Shown here: piece after piece, positions 1 through 10,800 of the stretch
Numbering within the stretch: the stretch's first letter is position 1
Layout of the letters: each line of letters opens with the position of its first letter
DNA from: Tubulanus polymorphus
Lineage: Eukaryota; Animalia; Nemertea
Assembly: GCF_964204645.1 (NCBI RefSeq)
Contig: NC_134028.1
Coordinates: 17,925,653 to 17,989,652, forward strand
Length of the DNA: 64,000 nucleotides
Reading direction: 5' to 3'
Made by a program: the position numbers and the translations under genes
The notes under the pieces: model-generated
What the model saw: the letters and a program-made list of their open reading frames with translations, nothing else
Database searches by the model: none
Told to the model about the DNA's origin: nothing

Positions 1-140
1 TAAAGTGGGAAGCTCCATACATAACGACTAAAAATATCAATTATATTTATCATTTATATTAGAAGAATAAGCAACCGAACTCTCAGGGTTGTAATATAAA
101 TTTCTTAAATATTGTTCTTTAGAGTTTTTTTACCGCCCAT
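1..140 (-). pseudogene. Retroviral-type (rve) integrase remnant with internal deletion and frameshifts; runs off the window edge
   Basis: Minus-strand translation gives KEQYLRNLYYNPESSVAYSS (Polinton integrase N-terminal YYxP motif). It is followed in another frame by IIDIFSRYVWSFPL (rve core IDxFSRY motif). Confidence 0.7.
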
Positions 141-170
141 TTATATATCGTTAATTTTAACTTTATATTT

Positions 171-1349
171 CTAATATTGAATACTATCTAATTGTGAATT
201 CACAATATTTAATTGTGCGTCAGATATAATATAAATGTGCATTTTGAAATTTTTGTCTCCTCTTTTCTTCGCCATGAATAATTGTATTCCATCTTTAGTA
301 TTTTGCAGTTTTTTCCCAGAACCATGTAATGAATCATCCTCTGTTGTTCTAAAATCTAACCATAATGCATATTTATTACCGGTATAATAATCAATTTGAT
401 TAATATTAAAATATTTAATATCAAAATATTTTATTTGCTATTCCTTCGATAGTTATTTCTACTTTTGTTATTTCAGGATTATAATAATTATCAACATTTA
501 TTGCGCCATTAGTATATGTTGCAATGGTAAAAATATTAATATACCTTTAATAGATCTTCTTGGGAAGTTAATATTCTCATTAATTATTTCATCATTTGCA
601 TTAATAGTTACAGTTTTAAATTTATCAATATAATCATATAATAATGAAAATCCTTGATTGTATTGAGTTTGAATTGTGCTAGCAATATTTTCATTAGTTA
701 CTGTGTCATATTCTAAACATATATTTGATAATTTATAACCCATATCTTTAACAACGCTAGATAATACAATTTCATTTACAGGAGCAAATGTCATCTCAAA
801 TATAATATCTTCTTGAATTACATATTTATATAAAGGTGCATTATTATTTATCAATTCAAAGTCTAATGGAATTTTATATTTGCTTCCATAAATCTTTTTA
901 ATCAAATTATCTGTGGCACGAGTTACTATTGCGTCATTAGCTCCTGATCTTAATTTATTATGATTTTCCGATTGAATGCCTTGAAATATCATATTATTTC
1001 TATTTTCTTTAGTTAACCATAAATCTTTATAATGCATAAATAAATTATAATCATCTAATGAGAAAACTGTTTCTGGACCAATCTTTATAGTTAATTTTTT
1101 AATCAAATATCTCCCAACATTATCGACAACATAATTATTATCATGACCAATTACTTTTATATCAGCTGATAAATAAATACTATTTGGAACATAAAAAGTA
1201 TTTTGTGTTTATCTAGGAATTCTAATTTATAAAGTTTCATCGGGATTAATATTTGAAGGATTATGAGTAATTATATGATGCGATCTTTCTGCTTTAATAG
1301 CATTAGATATTCTAGAAATCTTAGAAGGACTTATATAACTCCCACTCAT
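171..1349 (-). pseudogene. Major capsid protein (double jelly-roll, hexon-like), disrupted
   Basis: ATG at 1349 and TAG at 173-171. Includes ORF 498-1106 (YKDLWLTK, LEYDTVTN, NFPRRSIKGILI) and a C-terminus reading LDFRTTEDDSLHGSG...HIYIISDAQLNI. About 390 codons, predicted beta-rich, next to the integrase. Contains stops and frameshifts. Confidence 0.7.
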
Positions 1350-1369
1350 TTATTTAACAAAAAAATTAA

Positions 1370-2806
1370 TTATTTATTTTTAATCATATTCACTAAACCA
1401 AAAATAATAGCACTTACAACTGTAATTAAAAATAAAATAATATGTTCAGCAGCAAAGTTAAGAATATTCCCAGCAGATTTCAATATAAAACCAACAATTG
1501 ATGCAATAATTCCTGGTAAAGCTGCAGCAGATTTTTTAGATAGTTCCCATAAATATTTTCCTAATTTCTTTAAACCATCTTTAACTTTATCTTGTATAGA
1601 ATTATTACCTGGGGGTTTATCTGGTTTATTTGGAGTAGGAGTAGATTTTAAAGCATTTGATATTGCTAAACCAATTGTTGTAAATAACATAGTTTCAGCT
1701 GTTAGAATTGAAAGAATTGTTATTCCTTCTAATTTAAATGATAACTTTATTCTATCTTTCAATGATATTTCAGAATTTGGTTTTATCAACAAATCTTTAA
1801 AAATAACTTTTAATCTATTAATATTATAATCATATGATTTTAATAATTATTTAATTTCTTCTTTCTGTACTTCTAAATTATCTTTTAAATTATTAATTTC
1901 TTTTTCTAATCGTAATTCTTTTTGCCTATACTCTATTTCATAAATTACTTGATGATCTAAATCAGACTTTAATTGTTCTATTTCTTTATTTTTATCAGTT
2001 AATTCTTTTTCTAAAGTTCTAATTTTAAAATCTCTTATATTTTTATCATGCGCAATTTTATCAGATGCAAGTCTTATACTTTTAATTTCTCTAATTGCTT
2101 CAACAGAAAATATATTATTTAAATCTTCTAATTCTTGATCTGCTGCATCAATTAATCCATTCGGTAAAAGTTTTTCAATTGAAACTTTATTTGATTTAAG
2201 TTTACTAGTTTTGGAAGTTATATTCTGTTCAGAAGATGTTTCTGTTTCTGATTTCTTTTTGATTATTTCAAATAATTCATTAATTCTTTGTTTAAATACG
2301 TCTATATTATCATCTATTTCTTTTTGTGTAACATCAGTTATTTCATTACTATTACTTATTCTCTTAATTCTAAATGTTTCTAAATTTTTCAAAGTTGATT
2401 CAACTAATATTTTTTTAAGTTTTGTCCTTTGATTAGTGATATCAATATAATAATCACCTTTCAAACGATAATAACATTTACCATTATCTAAAAATCTTAA
2501 TTTATCTGCTAAAGGTCCAACGTCTTCATCATTTATGTTAAGTTTAGAATTTTCAATTATATATTCTAATTTCTCTATTTTGTTTAAATTATTTAAATCT
2601 TGTTTTACTAAATCTGGATCTAAATTTTCATGATTTAATTGTGATTCTGCATTTTTAATATAATCAGGCATATTTAAATCATTATTATATCCTGGCTCAT
2701 TACCATCATTATAACTTGTTTCACTAAAATCAGGTTGTTGTTCATCAGTTATGCCAGATTCATCAAAATTATCCATTCCAATATCTTCTCCACCTTCTAC
2801 ATCTAT
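1370..2806 (-). pseudogene. Acidic/coiled-coil protein with C-terminal hydrophobic (membrane) segments; ORFs 1847-2776 and 1370-1792 are probably one disrupted gene
   Basis: Only one upstream start motif is present (at 2806, where ATG appears mutated to ATA), and none precedes 1792. Coiled-coil-like K/E-rich region, then ILSILTAETMLFTTIGLAIS, LPGIIASIVGFIL and IILFLITVVSAIIFGLV. Confidence 0.6.
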
Positions 2807-2822
2807 TTATATAATAAAAAAA

Positions 2823-4208
2823 TTAAAATTTAAAATATAATATTCCTCCTATAACAATTCCTATACAAGTTAAAGCTAATTTAGTATTTTCATGGGATTT
2901 ATTATCATTATCAGTTTTAATTATATCATGTTGAATATTATCAGTTTTAATATTTTCTGATGTATTATAATCCGGTTTAGAATCATTATTTAATTTAATA
3001 TTCTTAGTTTTAGTTTCTGTTGATTGAATATGTTTTTTATTTTTTTCACCTTCCATTAATTTTGGAGCGGTAATAATCTTTTTATTTATATCATTTAATC
3101 CAAATGAATTATTTATTGTTGCAGTTTTAATTAGATTATTGTAACCAATTATGTTTCCCATCTTTAGTACTAAATCATTAGAAATAATTAATAGATTAGG
3201 GCCTATACAATAATTTAGTCTTACATGAGATTTATCTAAATGATTTTGATATCTTACAATGCTTTCTGGAATCGATCTATTTTTATCATTATGAATTGAA
3301 TCTTCAAATAAAACTTTGAATTGTTTCTGTGTATCAAATGATGTATTTAAATTTCCAATTATTGGGGATCTTGTTTCAACTTGCGCACCTAAAATACAAA
3401 TCAAATAAGGTCTAATAGATTGATTTATTCTTTGTATACCTGATTTTGTAAAACCTTCATTATTTTCTAAAATGAAATAAACCTAACCATTATTGTTTTC
3501 TTGTTTTAAATTATCATAAAATTTCGGTAATTTAGTGAAATTTAATGTTTCTAAATCCTTAGTTTCTATTTTACCATAACCTAATTTATTACTATAGATA
3601 TTATAAAAGCTATTAGATGGTATGGGAAGTGCACAATATTCTGCAATCTTTTTAGGGCAAGGAAGTGATCTTATTGTTCCAATTTTTGTTCTAAAATCAG
3701 AATTATTTATATCTATATTAAATTCATTACAAGTTTTATGAAACTTTGATAAATTAATATTATTATCTAATTCTTTAAAATATCTAGATCCTGGTAAAGC
3801 GCACTCTAATTCATTTAATATTATTCTGATTTGAAAGTATGTATGAAATCTAAATAAACTTTGAATTAATTTATATTTAGAATTATTCAAATGATCATTC
3901 CAACTAATTCCACAACCTGTTGTTGCACAATAAACAGCAAAATTTAATTGGTTCTGCCAATACTTCATATTAGATTTTAATAACCATTGTTTTTCATCTT
4001 TCAATTTTTTTAAATTAATTAAATATACATGAAATATATTTTCCATCTTTGCATTAAAATTATTAGTTTCAGTAACATAAATTTCTAAATTAGTTAATGA
4101 ATCTAAAACTTCATTTCTATATGTAATATCTTTATTAAAATCTATTGCTGGAATATTATATTTAATTGATTTATTATATTGGAAAGCTTTTGGAAAACTA
4201 TCTACCAT
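2823..4208 (-). pseudogene. Polinton hypothetical protein with C-terminal transmembrane anchor; ORFs 3483-4208 and 2823-3404 joined by a frameshift
   Basis: Single start motif at 4208. Contains WQNQLNFAVYCATTGCGIS and ends in LALTCIGIVIGGILYFKF. Confidence 0.6.
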
Positions 4209-4331
4209 TTATTTAATTAAAAAATTAATTATTTATTAATTCTTTTAATAATTTATCTTGTTCTTTAACTGTTATATGACCATTTAAACTTATTATATAA
4301 TCTAGTGTATTCTTCAATTTATTAATTTCTT

Positions 4332-4658
4332 TTATATTAGTTTAATTTTTTCTTTGTTACTTTTTATATTTAATTTTGAACTTATACAAGTTAAAACACT
4401 TGAACTTAATCCTAATACACCAATCGATATAGCTAAAGGTGTTAATGGACTGAATATTGCTAGAAATGTTATTACAGAACTAATTGTAACCGAACCACTA
4501 ATAATAAGATAATATATAATTTTACTTTTTAAATATTTTTTCTTTTTTATCTTTAAGTCACTTTCAAATTCTAATATTTGTTTTTCTAAATATATTTTCA
4601 ATTTAATTTTATACATATCATGAGGAATAATATCAATACTATCAACTTTATCTTCCAT
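4332..4658 (-). CDS. Small two-TM membrane protein (may extend to about 4228 via a frameshift)
   Basis: Hydrophobic hairpin IIYYLIISGSVTISSVITFLAIF / LAISIGVLGLSSSVLTCI; TAAATG start. Confidence 0.6.
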   Translation of the reverse strand: MEDKVDSIDIIPHDMYKIKLKIYLEKQILEFESDLKIKKKKYLKSKIIYYLIISGSVTISSVITFLAIFSPLTPLAISIGVLGLSSSVLTCISSKLNIKSNKEKIKLI

Positions 4659-4677
4659 TTATTTAGAAAAAAAATTA

Positions 4678-5100
4678 CTAATTAGTAAATTTATATGCTA
4701 CAAATATAACAATAACTGTTCCACCTAAAATCCAAATTATTTCATATTTCTGTTGTTCTTTACTTGGGGTATAATAATCTGATAATTTAGGTTTGTATAG
4801 ATGTAATTTTTCTTTATTGGTTACTGCGTTATATAAACTCATTGCATCATCAACTGATTGAAAATCTCTATGTGAAATCTTCTGATCATATAATTCCTTG
4901 TTAATATAATCCATATAGTTTCTTCGTTTTTCTCTGTATTCTTCTGCTGCTTTATTATATTTCTCTAATGCTAAATTATGTCTTCTTTGTTCTCCTAATG
5001 AACTATTTTTATCAATATGCTTAAATAAATAACCGCCACCAGTAAATGCTAAAGCGTTAACAATTGCCGATCCTATAATAGTTATAATTGGAGAAGCCAT
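4678..5100 (-). CDS. 140-aa protein with N-terminal hydrophobic helix, coiled coil and C-terminal TM
   Basis: Intact ORF MASPIITIIGSAIVNALAFTGGGYLF...IIWILGGTVIVIFVAYKF; TAAATG start. Confidence 0.7.
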   Translation of the reverse strand: MASPIITIIGSAIVNALAFTGGGYLFKHIDKNSSLGEQRRHNLALEKYNKAAEEYREKRRNYMDYINKELYDQKISHRDFQSVDDAMSLYNAVTNKEKLHLYKPKLSDYYTPSKEQQKYEIIWILGGTVIVIFVAYKFTN

Positions 5101-5124
5101 TTATTTAGCAAAAAAATTATGCAT

Positions 5125-5346
5125 TTATATGGGAGGAATATATTTTTGTTTTTCTAAATAATCAATAGTTAAATTAGATAAAGTAACTGCTAACGTTAAT
5201 TTTAAAATATCATTTATATCAAATCTATCAACATTAACTCTTCCCATTTTAAATACTTTTTTTAATACCATTGAATAACCAACAGTTCCAACTGATAGTA
5301 AGGCGCCATTATATAATCCAGTTATTATCCACTTATTATCACTCAT
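5125..5346 (-). CDS. 73-aa hydrophobic protein
   Basis: Intact ORF with two hydrophobic stretches; TAAATG start motif. Confidence 0.6.
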   Translation of the reverse strand: MSDNKWIITGLYNGALLSVGTVGYSMVLKKVFKMGRVNVDRFDINDILKLTLAVTLSNLTIDYLEKQKYIPPI

Positions 5347-5504
5347 TTATTAATCAAAAAAAATTACTATCTTCAAAATATTTAGTTATCTTAGTGATGA
5401 TTAATTCAACATTTATTTCATTACTACTTCATGATTATCATATATTTCGGTTAATATGTTTTTAATATCATCTATGATAAAATCTTCATCTAATTCATAA
5501 AATC

Positions 5505-5705
5505 TTAAGATTCTCTAATTAAATTAGTAATCTTTTCTACATTTAAAGTTTCTTTATCTATTGTTGTTTCATACTCAAATGTTGTTTCATTAGAAAATGC
5601 AATATTTTTGATATGTGTAATTACATCATTAATGTTAAATTTCATTTCTTTCTCCCGTTTAAAATCAAATCCAAAACATATACTCGGTCCAACAGTTATA
5701 TTCAT
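5505..5705 (-). pseudogene. Hypothetical Polinton protein, probably truncated by a premature stop
   Basis: TAAATG start motif; coding-like acidic sequence continues after the stop toward about 5365. Confidence 0.45.
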
Positions 5706-5721
5706 TTATATAATGAAAAAA

Positions 5722-6474
5722 TTACTCTTTACATCTTATAACTAATTCATAAATTACAGGAAAGTTATTCAAATCAATTAAATAACCATTATGATTTCTT
5801 ATTTCTAATTTAAAATTATTGAAATGTGGAATACAAGTTTTAAAATCACATTCAGTTAAATTATAATTTATTTGCGTTCCAAATTGTTTAACATTCTTTA
5901 ATGGTAAAATATTTAATATACTAGAATTACAAATTGTATCTTTAGTTGCTTCGAATGTTTTTGTAGGATCAATTAAATTGCATTAATATAAAAGTGTGTA
6001 ACAGGTATTAAGTTTGACCTTCTGCGTATGCTGTAACAATATCTGGGTTAATTCCTAACAGTTTACCTAACGATTTTCTTACTGTAAATTTAAATTGTTC
6101 GTCATTAGCTAACCTAATCTTTATTTTATTAGAACTATCACTTTTTAAAATTCTAATACTAAATCCGGAATCACTTCCTAATTTAGCTCGAGCTTTTCTA
6201 TTAATTTCTTGTGCTAATGTATCTAAATTATATAATCCTGGTTTTAAATATATAAAAAACCATTATTCCTTTTTTTGTAAAAGATTGAAAAAATTAAATG
6301 TTCTAGACTTTTATCCGATATATTGTAAAATGAGTTACATAAACTTATATTTACTAATTTTAAATCTACACAATTCTTAAATTCTCTATCTAATTGAACT
6401 AGTAAATTATGTGATTTATAATTTGTAAGTTTTCTAGAATCAACAAATATTCTGTATTCTTTTAATTCTACCAT
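5722..6474 (-). pseudogene. Minor capsid protein (penton-like, single jelly-roll), frameshifted
   Basis: N-terminus IFVDSR...LVNISLCNSFYNIS, internal PGLYNLDTL, C-terminus LEIRNHNGYLIDLNNFPVIYELVI with stop at 5724-5722. This pattern is typical of Polinton pentons; about 250 codons. Confidence 0.7.
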
Positions 6475-6544
6475 TATTTATAACATAAAAAAATTACCGC
6501 TCTTTACTTAAAAAATTAATTTTAATAAAATTTTTCCTTAATAA

Positions 6545-7399
6545 ATGGATGAGAAGATAGCATGTGAAATTTGTGGTGAACTTCTAAGAAAAAGTAATAT
6601 GGCTCGACATATGAAAAAACATGATGAAAATTATAAACCCCCTAAACTAAACTGTCCAAAATTTAATAAATTATTCTCAAGAAATTATGTTAAAAAACAT
6701 TCAGAGAAGTGTAAAATTAATGGCGCAACGGCTAATGTTGATAGTAATGAAAGTAATAGTAATTCTGTTGAAGTTGAACCTGAAATTAATTGGAAAAGAC
6801 CTTTCTTATTCTATGACAAGGATAATATAAAAGATCATTTCTGCGAGCCTTGTCGAATAAAATATAACCCTGAAAATATAGAAGATTGGGAGAATCATCA
6901 ATTTCGTAAAGTACATATAGATAAAATTTCTAATAAATTTGAAACTGAATTCAATGAAAGAAAAAATAGTTTATTAGAAAAAATAAAATATGAGAAAACG
7001 TTACCAGATAATAAAGAAACAGTTGAAAAGTTAGAAAAACAATATAATGAATTAACAAGAAAAACATATTATTGTAAATATTGTAAATTGATTATTACAA
7101 CAAGCAATCTACATAATAGAACAATAAAACATAAAGAAAACGTAAGAAAATACCAAGAGCTTAATGAAGATCTATTACCAATAAATTATAAACGAAAATG
7201 TCCACAATGTAGTTATGCGACCTTAAGACAAGAAGGTACTGTGTTATTTTGTAATGAATGTGGATGGCAAAAGAATTTATGGGGTGAAGAAAAAACTAGA
7301 GATTTTCTCATAGAACCAAAATTAAATTATCTTGATGAAATTTTTAAAATATTTTCTATAGAAGATCATACACCAGAATATATGCAATGGCTTGAATAA
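6545..7399 (+). CDS. Multi-zinc-finger protein (C2H2, U1/matrin-like fingers, C-terminal C4 zinc ribbon)
   Basis: CEIC..HMKKH; CEPC..HQFRKVH; CKYC..HNRTIKH; CPQC..CNEC. Confidence 0.75.
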   Translation: MDEKIACEICGELLRKSNMARHMKKHDENYKPPKLNCPKFNKLFSRNYVKKHSEKCKINGATANVDSNESNSNSVEVEPEINWKRPFLFYDKDNIKDHFCEPCRIKYNPENIEDWENHQFRKVHIDKISNKFETEFNERKNSLLEKIKYEKTLPDNKETVEKLEKQYNELTRKTYYCKYCKLIITTSNLHNRTIKHKENVRKYQELNEDLLPINYKRKCPQCSYATLRQEGTVLFCNECGWQKNLWGEEKTRDFLIEPKLNYLDEIFKIFSIEDHTPEYMQWLE

Positions 7400-7867
7400 A
7401 TGAAAATAATAGAAAATAAAAATGGTGAAATAACTAAAAAAGATATTATAAAAACAATTATTCCATCAACATTTAACACAAAACAAAAGAAAATGTATTT
7501 ATATTTATTATTTAACGATTATCATGAAAAACCTAAATTAACAGAAGAAGATATGGAAAATATAAAAAAAAAATTCAAACAAATATTAATGTATCATTTG
7601 GAAAATAGACTAACAGATTCAATTAATTATGAATTCTTTTTAAATAAGATTGTAAATTATTTGAACATCGATATTATAATTCCATTTGACGAATTAACAA
7701 ACAAAAGGAAACAAAGAGAGCGAGATGAAATGTGGAATAATATAACACGTTATTTAAATGAGAAAAATGAAATGGAAGAACCTACACAAATTATACAAGA
7801 ACAATTAAATGAAAATGAAGAAGCCAATAGTGATTTCGAGTATGATGATATTGATTTTCTGTTTTAA
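7400..7867 (+). CDS. Hypothetical protein with acidic tail; same frame as the upstream zinc-finger ORF, so either a separate gene or a read-through
   Basis: TAA-ATG junction at 7397-7402; 155-aa open frame converging on the pPolB stop. Confidence 0.55.
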   Translation: MKIIENKNGEITKKDIIKTIIPSTFNTKQKKMYLYLLFNDYHEKPKLTEEDMENIKKKFKQILMYHLENRLTDSINYEFFLNKIVNYLNIDIIIPFDELTNKRKQRERDEMWNNITRYLNEKNEMEEPTQIIQEQLNENEEANSDFEYDDIDFLF

Positions 7868-10800
7868 TGGCCATAAGGTAATGTTTTTATACCATCATCT
7901 AAAATATGCCTTTTATCATCAAATTGATTCAAACTAGTTTTTTCAACTTCATTAATGTACATCTCGTGATCTTCTGATCTTAAACAATTCATTTTGTGTT
8001 TCATTACATTGAGTTATATAAACACTTTATATAATCTTGGAATTCTATATGTTTATCAACCACATGTTTTGTTATTCCTTTTAACTTTTTAGCATTTTTT
8101 TTCATAATCTTATGTTCTGTAACTATACATTCTACTTCTTATCCCAACAAATTCAATCATTTCATCACCCCCTAATTCATCTTTAAACTTACCAGGAATC
8201 TTTTTATTATCATTGCTAAATAGTTCATGATCTTTGGGATAATTGCTAAAATCAAAATGATGTTTTAATGTTTTTAAGTCTTTTGTTATGTCATTTGTCT
8301 TGATTTTTAGTATGTAGGCGTCCGTATTTTTGGCTATTAATGGAAATCCACAGTTAAATGTACCATCTTCAGTTGATAAATCATAAACATAATCTGTTGG
8401 GTTATATATTTCAAATAAATCTTTAACTTCTTCAGTTAAATCTTTTTCTGTGTGGCTTAAATTAAAGCAATTTGGTTTAGATTTAATCAATCCAATATTC
8501 ATATTGAAGCCTAATGAATTACATAATATATTTAACCCTGAAGTAGCAACTTTTCCTTTCTGTGCAAAGGTTATCTTTTTATCCTTTGTAAATTTTTTAG
8601 CACCATCTGCTGCGTAGAATCCAATGAAGAACCATAATCTGGAACTATCTTTTCTTTAGTTGAAGTATTATTTTTAACTATTGCATGAATATAGAATTCA
8701 TCATTATATTTTATAGCAAAATCTTTAGGATTGTTTACAAGTATTCTATAAACTGCTGTTGATTTCATATGATCCATGATTCTAAATGTTTTATGTGAAT
8801 AAACTTCTTCACAGAATTTCTTAATTCTTTCTAATAATTTTAAGTCTTGATTGCATAAATACTTACAATATTTATTACCCCAAACATAATTATACACACC
8901 TGCTGAACCATCTCCCATGAAAAATCCTTTGATAAAATATTCTTTTTCTTCTAATGTTTCGGGTTCTATGTTATAAGTATTATCAGTAATTTCATCAAAT
9001 GACATATGATTCATTCTTTGGAAAAATCTTTTATGTAATAATTCATCTAGAATTTTTATATCAGTTGGTTTTATTTCATCACCATTTCGTTTAATTAAAC
9101 TATGATCTTCTGTAACATCTACAAACCCTAATTTAGTTCTAAATCTATAGATTTTCTTATTTGTTTTATGCCTAATAATATTCTTTAATTTTTTCCACCC
9201 ATTTCTTGTCCAAACATCCATTTATTTGTATTAATTCTTTTTCACCATATGAAATATAACAGTCATTTTGTTTTGGAATTATTTCTGAAATTCTTCTTAT
9301 CAATATTTTATCATTACATTTTAATAATATTGGGGTGTCAGCTGTTACAGAATCAAAATATAATATTTCAATATACTTTTCCCCAAAAAGTGGTTGTAAA
9401 ACATTATAATAAAAATCATACATTAATAATTTTGATACTTCTAAAACAGTTGAACCAATGAATATAGGTTTATTAAATTTCATTGACGTTCTTTTTAATT
9501 TAACTGCTGTTAAATAATCTTCAAATCTTTTATTTCCTAAATGTCTAGGACTTGATTGTAAATGTCTTAATCTTTCAGAATTATTTACTAATTCAATATC
9601 ATTTCTATTTCTAATATTTTCACATGTTTTACCATAAAAACTATTATTCATTAATTTGAAGAAATCTTTTTCAAAATCTGTTTTTGATATGGTTCTCTGT
9701 TGAGTATTGAAATCTATATATTTTTCTAACAACTTCGATTGATTAAATTCAATATATCTATGTACTTTCTTTAATTTCATTCCTTGTTTTAGATAAAATT
9801 TTAACATTCTATAATGAACAATATAATTGTATTTATTTTGAGTAAGTATTAATTTTTCTGTAAAAACATGATCTTTCGGTTTTATTTTCTTCTGGTATTC
9901 ACTTAAATAACTGTCATCTACAGTTAAATGTTCTGGGCAATAAGGTAAGTTTCTTGTTTTAAACTTTATATTTTCAGGATATTCTAAATCAACTACAAAG
10001 AAATAACCAATTGGTGCTTCATCTTCTAAACTCATAATTGCGCTTTCCCAATTAGTTTAATCATCATTTTCAACTTCTGTTAATATAAAATTTTTATATG
10101 GTTGAGGTTGCATCATTGCCCAACCATATAAATTATTGGCGTCAATATATAATAATTTATATTCATCATTTGCTTTAAAACACCTATCTCCCATAACACC
10201 ACTAATTCCACCTCTAATTGATTTTTCAAATAATAAAACCATATCTGGTTCTTTTAATAAATCTAATTCTACATTTGTATATTTTAAACCACATTGCCGG
10301 GGTAAACCAGAACTAGAGTAGCAATAACAAGGATCAACATTAAAATGATTCAAATTAACTTCTCTAAATTTTTCAAATATGTCAGCCAATATCATAACAT
10401 CTGATTTTGAATATAAATCAACTAATTCACCATGATTTTTCATCTTAAAATGGTTCCAAATATTTAATGTTCTATTAAACACTTCGTTTTTCACATACTC
10501 CTCTTTTAATTGATCATAAAATTGATCTTTTAATAATTCTGTTACATTAAAATCATTGTGTGTTTTATAAAATGAATAAGGAATTGCGCCTTTATATCTA
10601 AATAATTTAAAATCTTGTTCATTTGGATAATAATATCGAGTTATAACAAAATCATTATCAACTAAACTTTTTGATAAATTATCTAATGAACTTGCTAGAA
10701 ATCTATAAGAATCTAAAAATCTAATGCAACCAAATTGAAATGAAATATAATTTTCAGATGTTTTAGCTAATAGTTTAAAATCATATTTTCTTACATTTAC

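Noticed and set aside
1263-1829. Plus-strand 188-aa ORF, and similar shadows at 2211-2432, 9249-9461, 10136-10321 and 17382-17639
   Set aside because: Antisense shadows of better-supported genes on the opposite strand.
8571-9221. Free-standing homing endonuclease gene starting at TAAATG 9221
   Set aside because: The ORF contains intein block B and is flanked by blocks A and F/G in another frame, so it is a frameshifted piece of the intein. It lacks the upstream T-run seen at real starts.
8326-9351. Hedgehog-type Hint domain or group I intron as alternative explanations
   Set aside because: The insertion is in-frame in a polymerase active-site motif, with terminal Asn, Thr+1 and an internal LAGLIDADG pair. 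That fits a true intein and leaves no non-coding ribozyme sequence.
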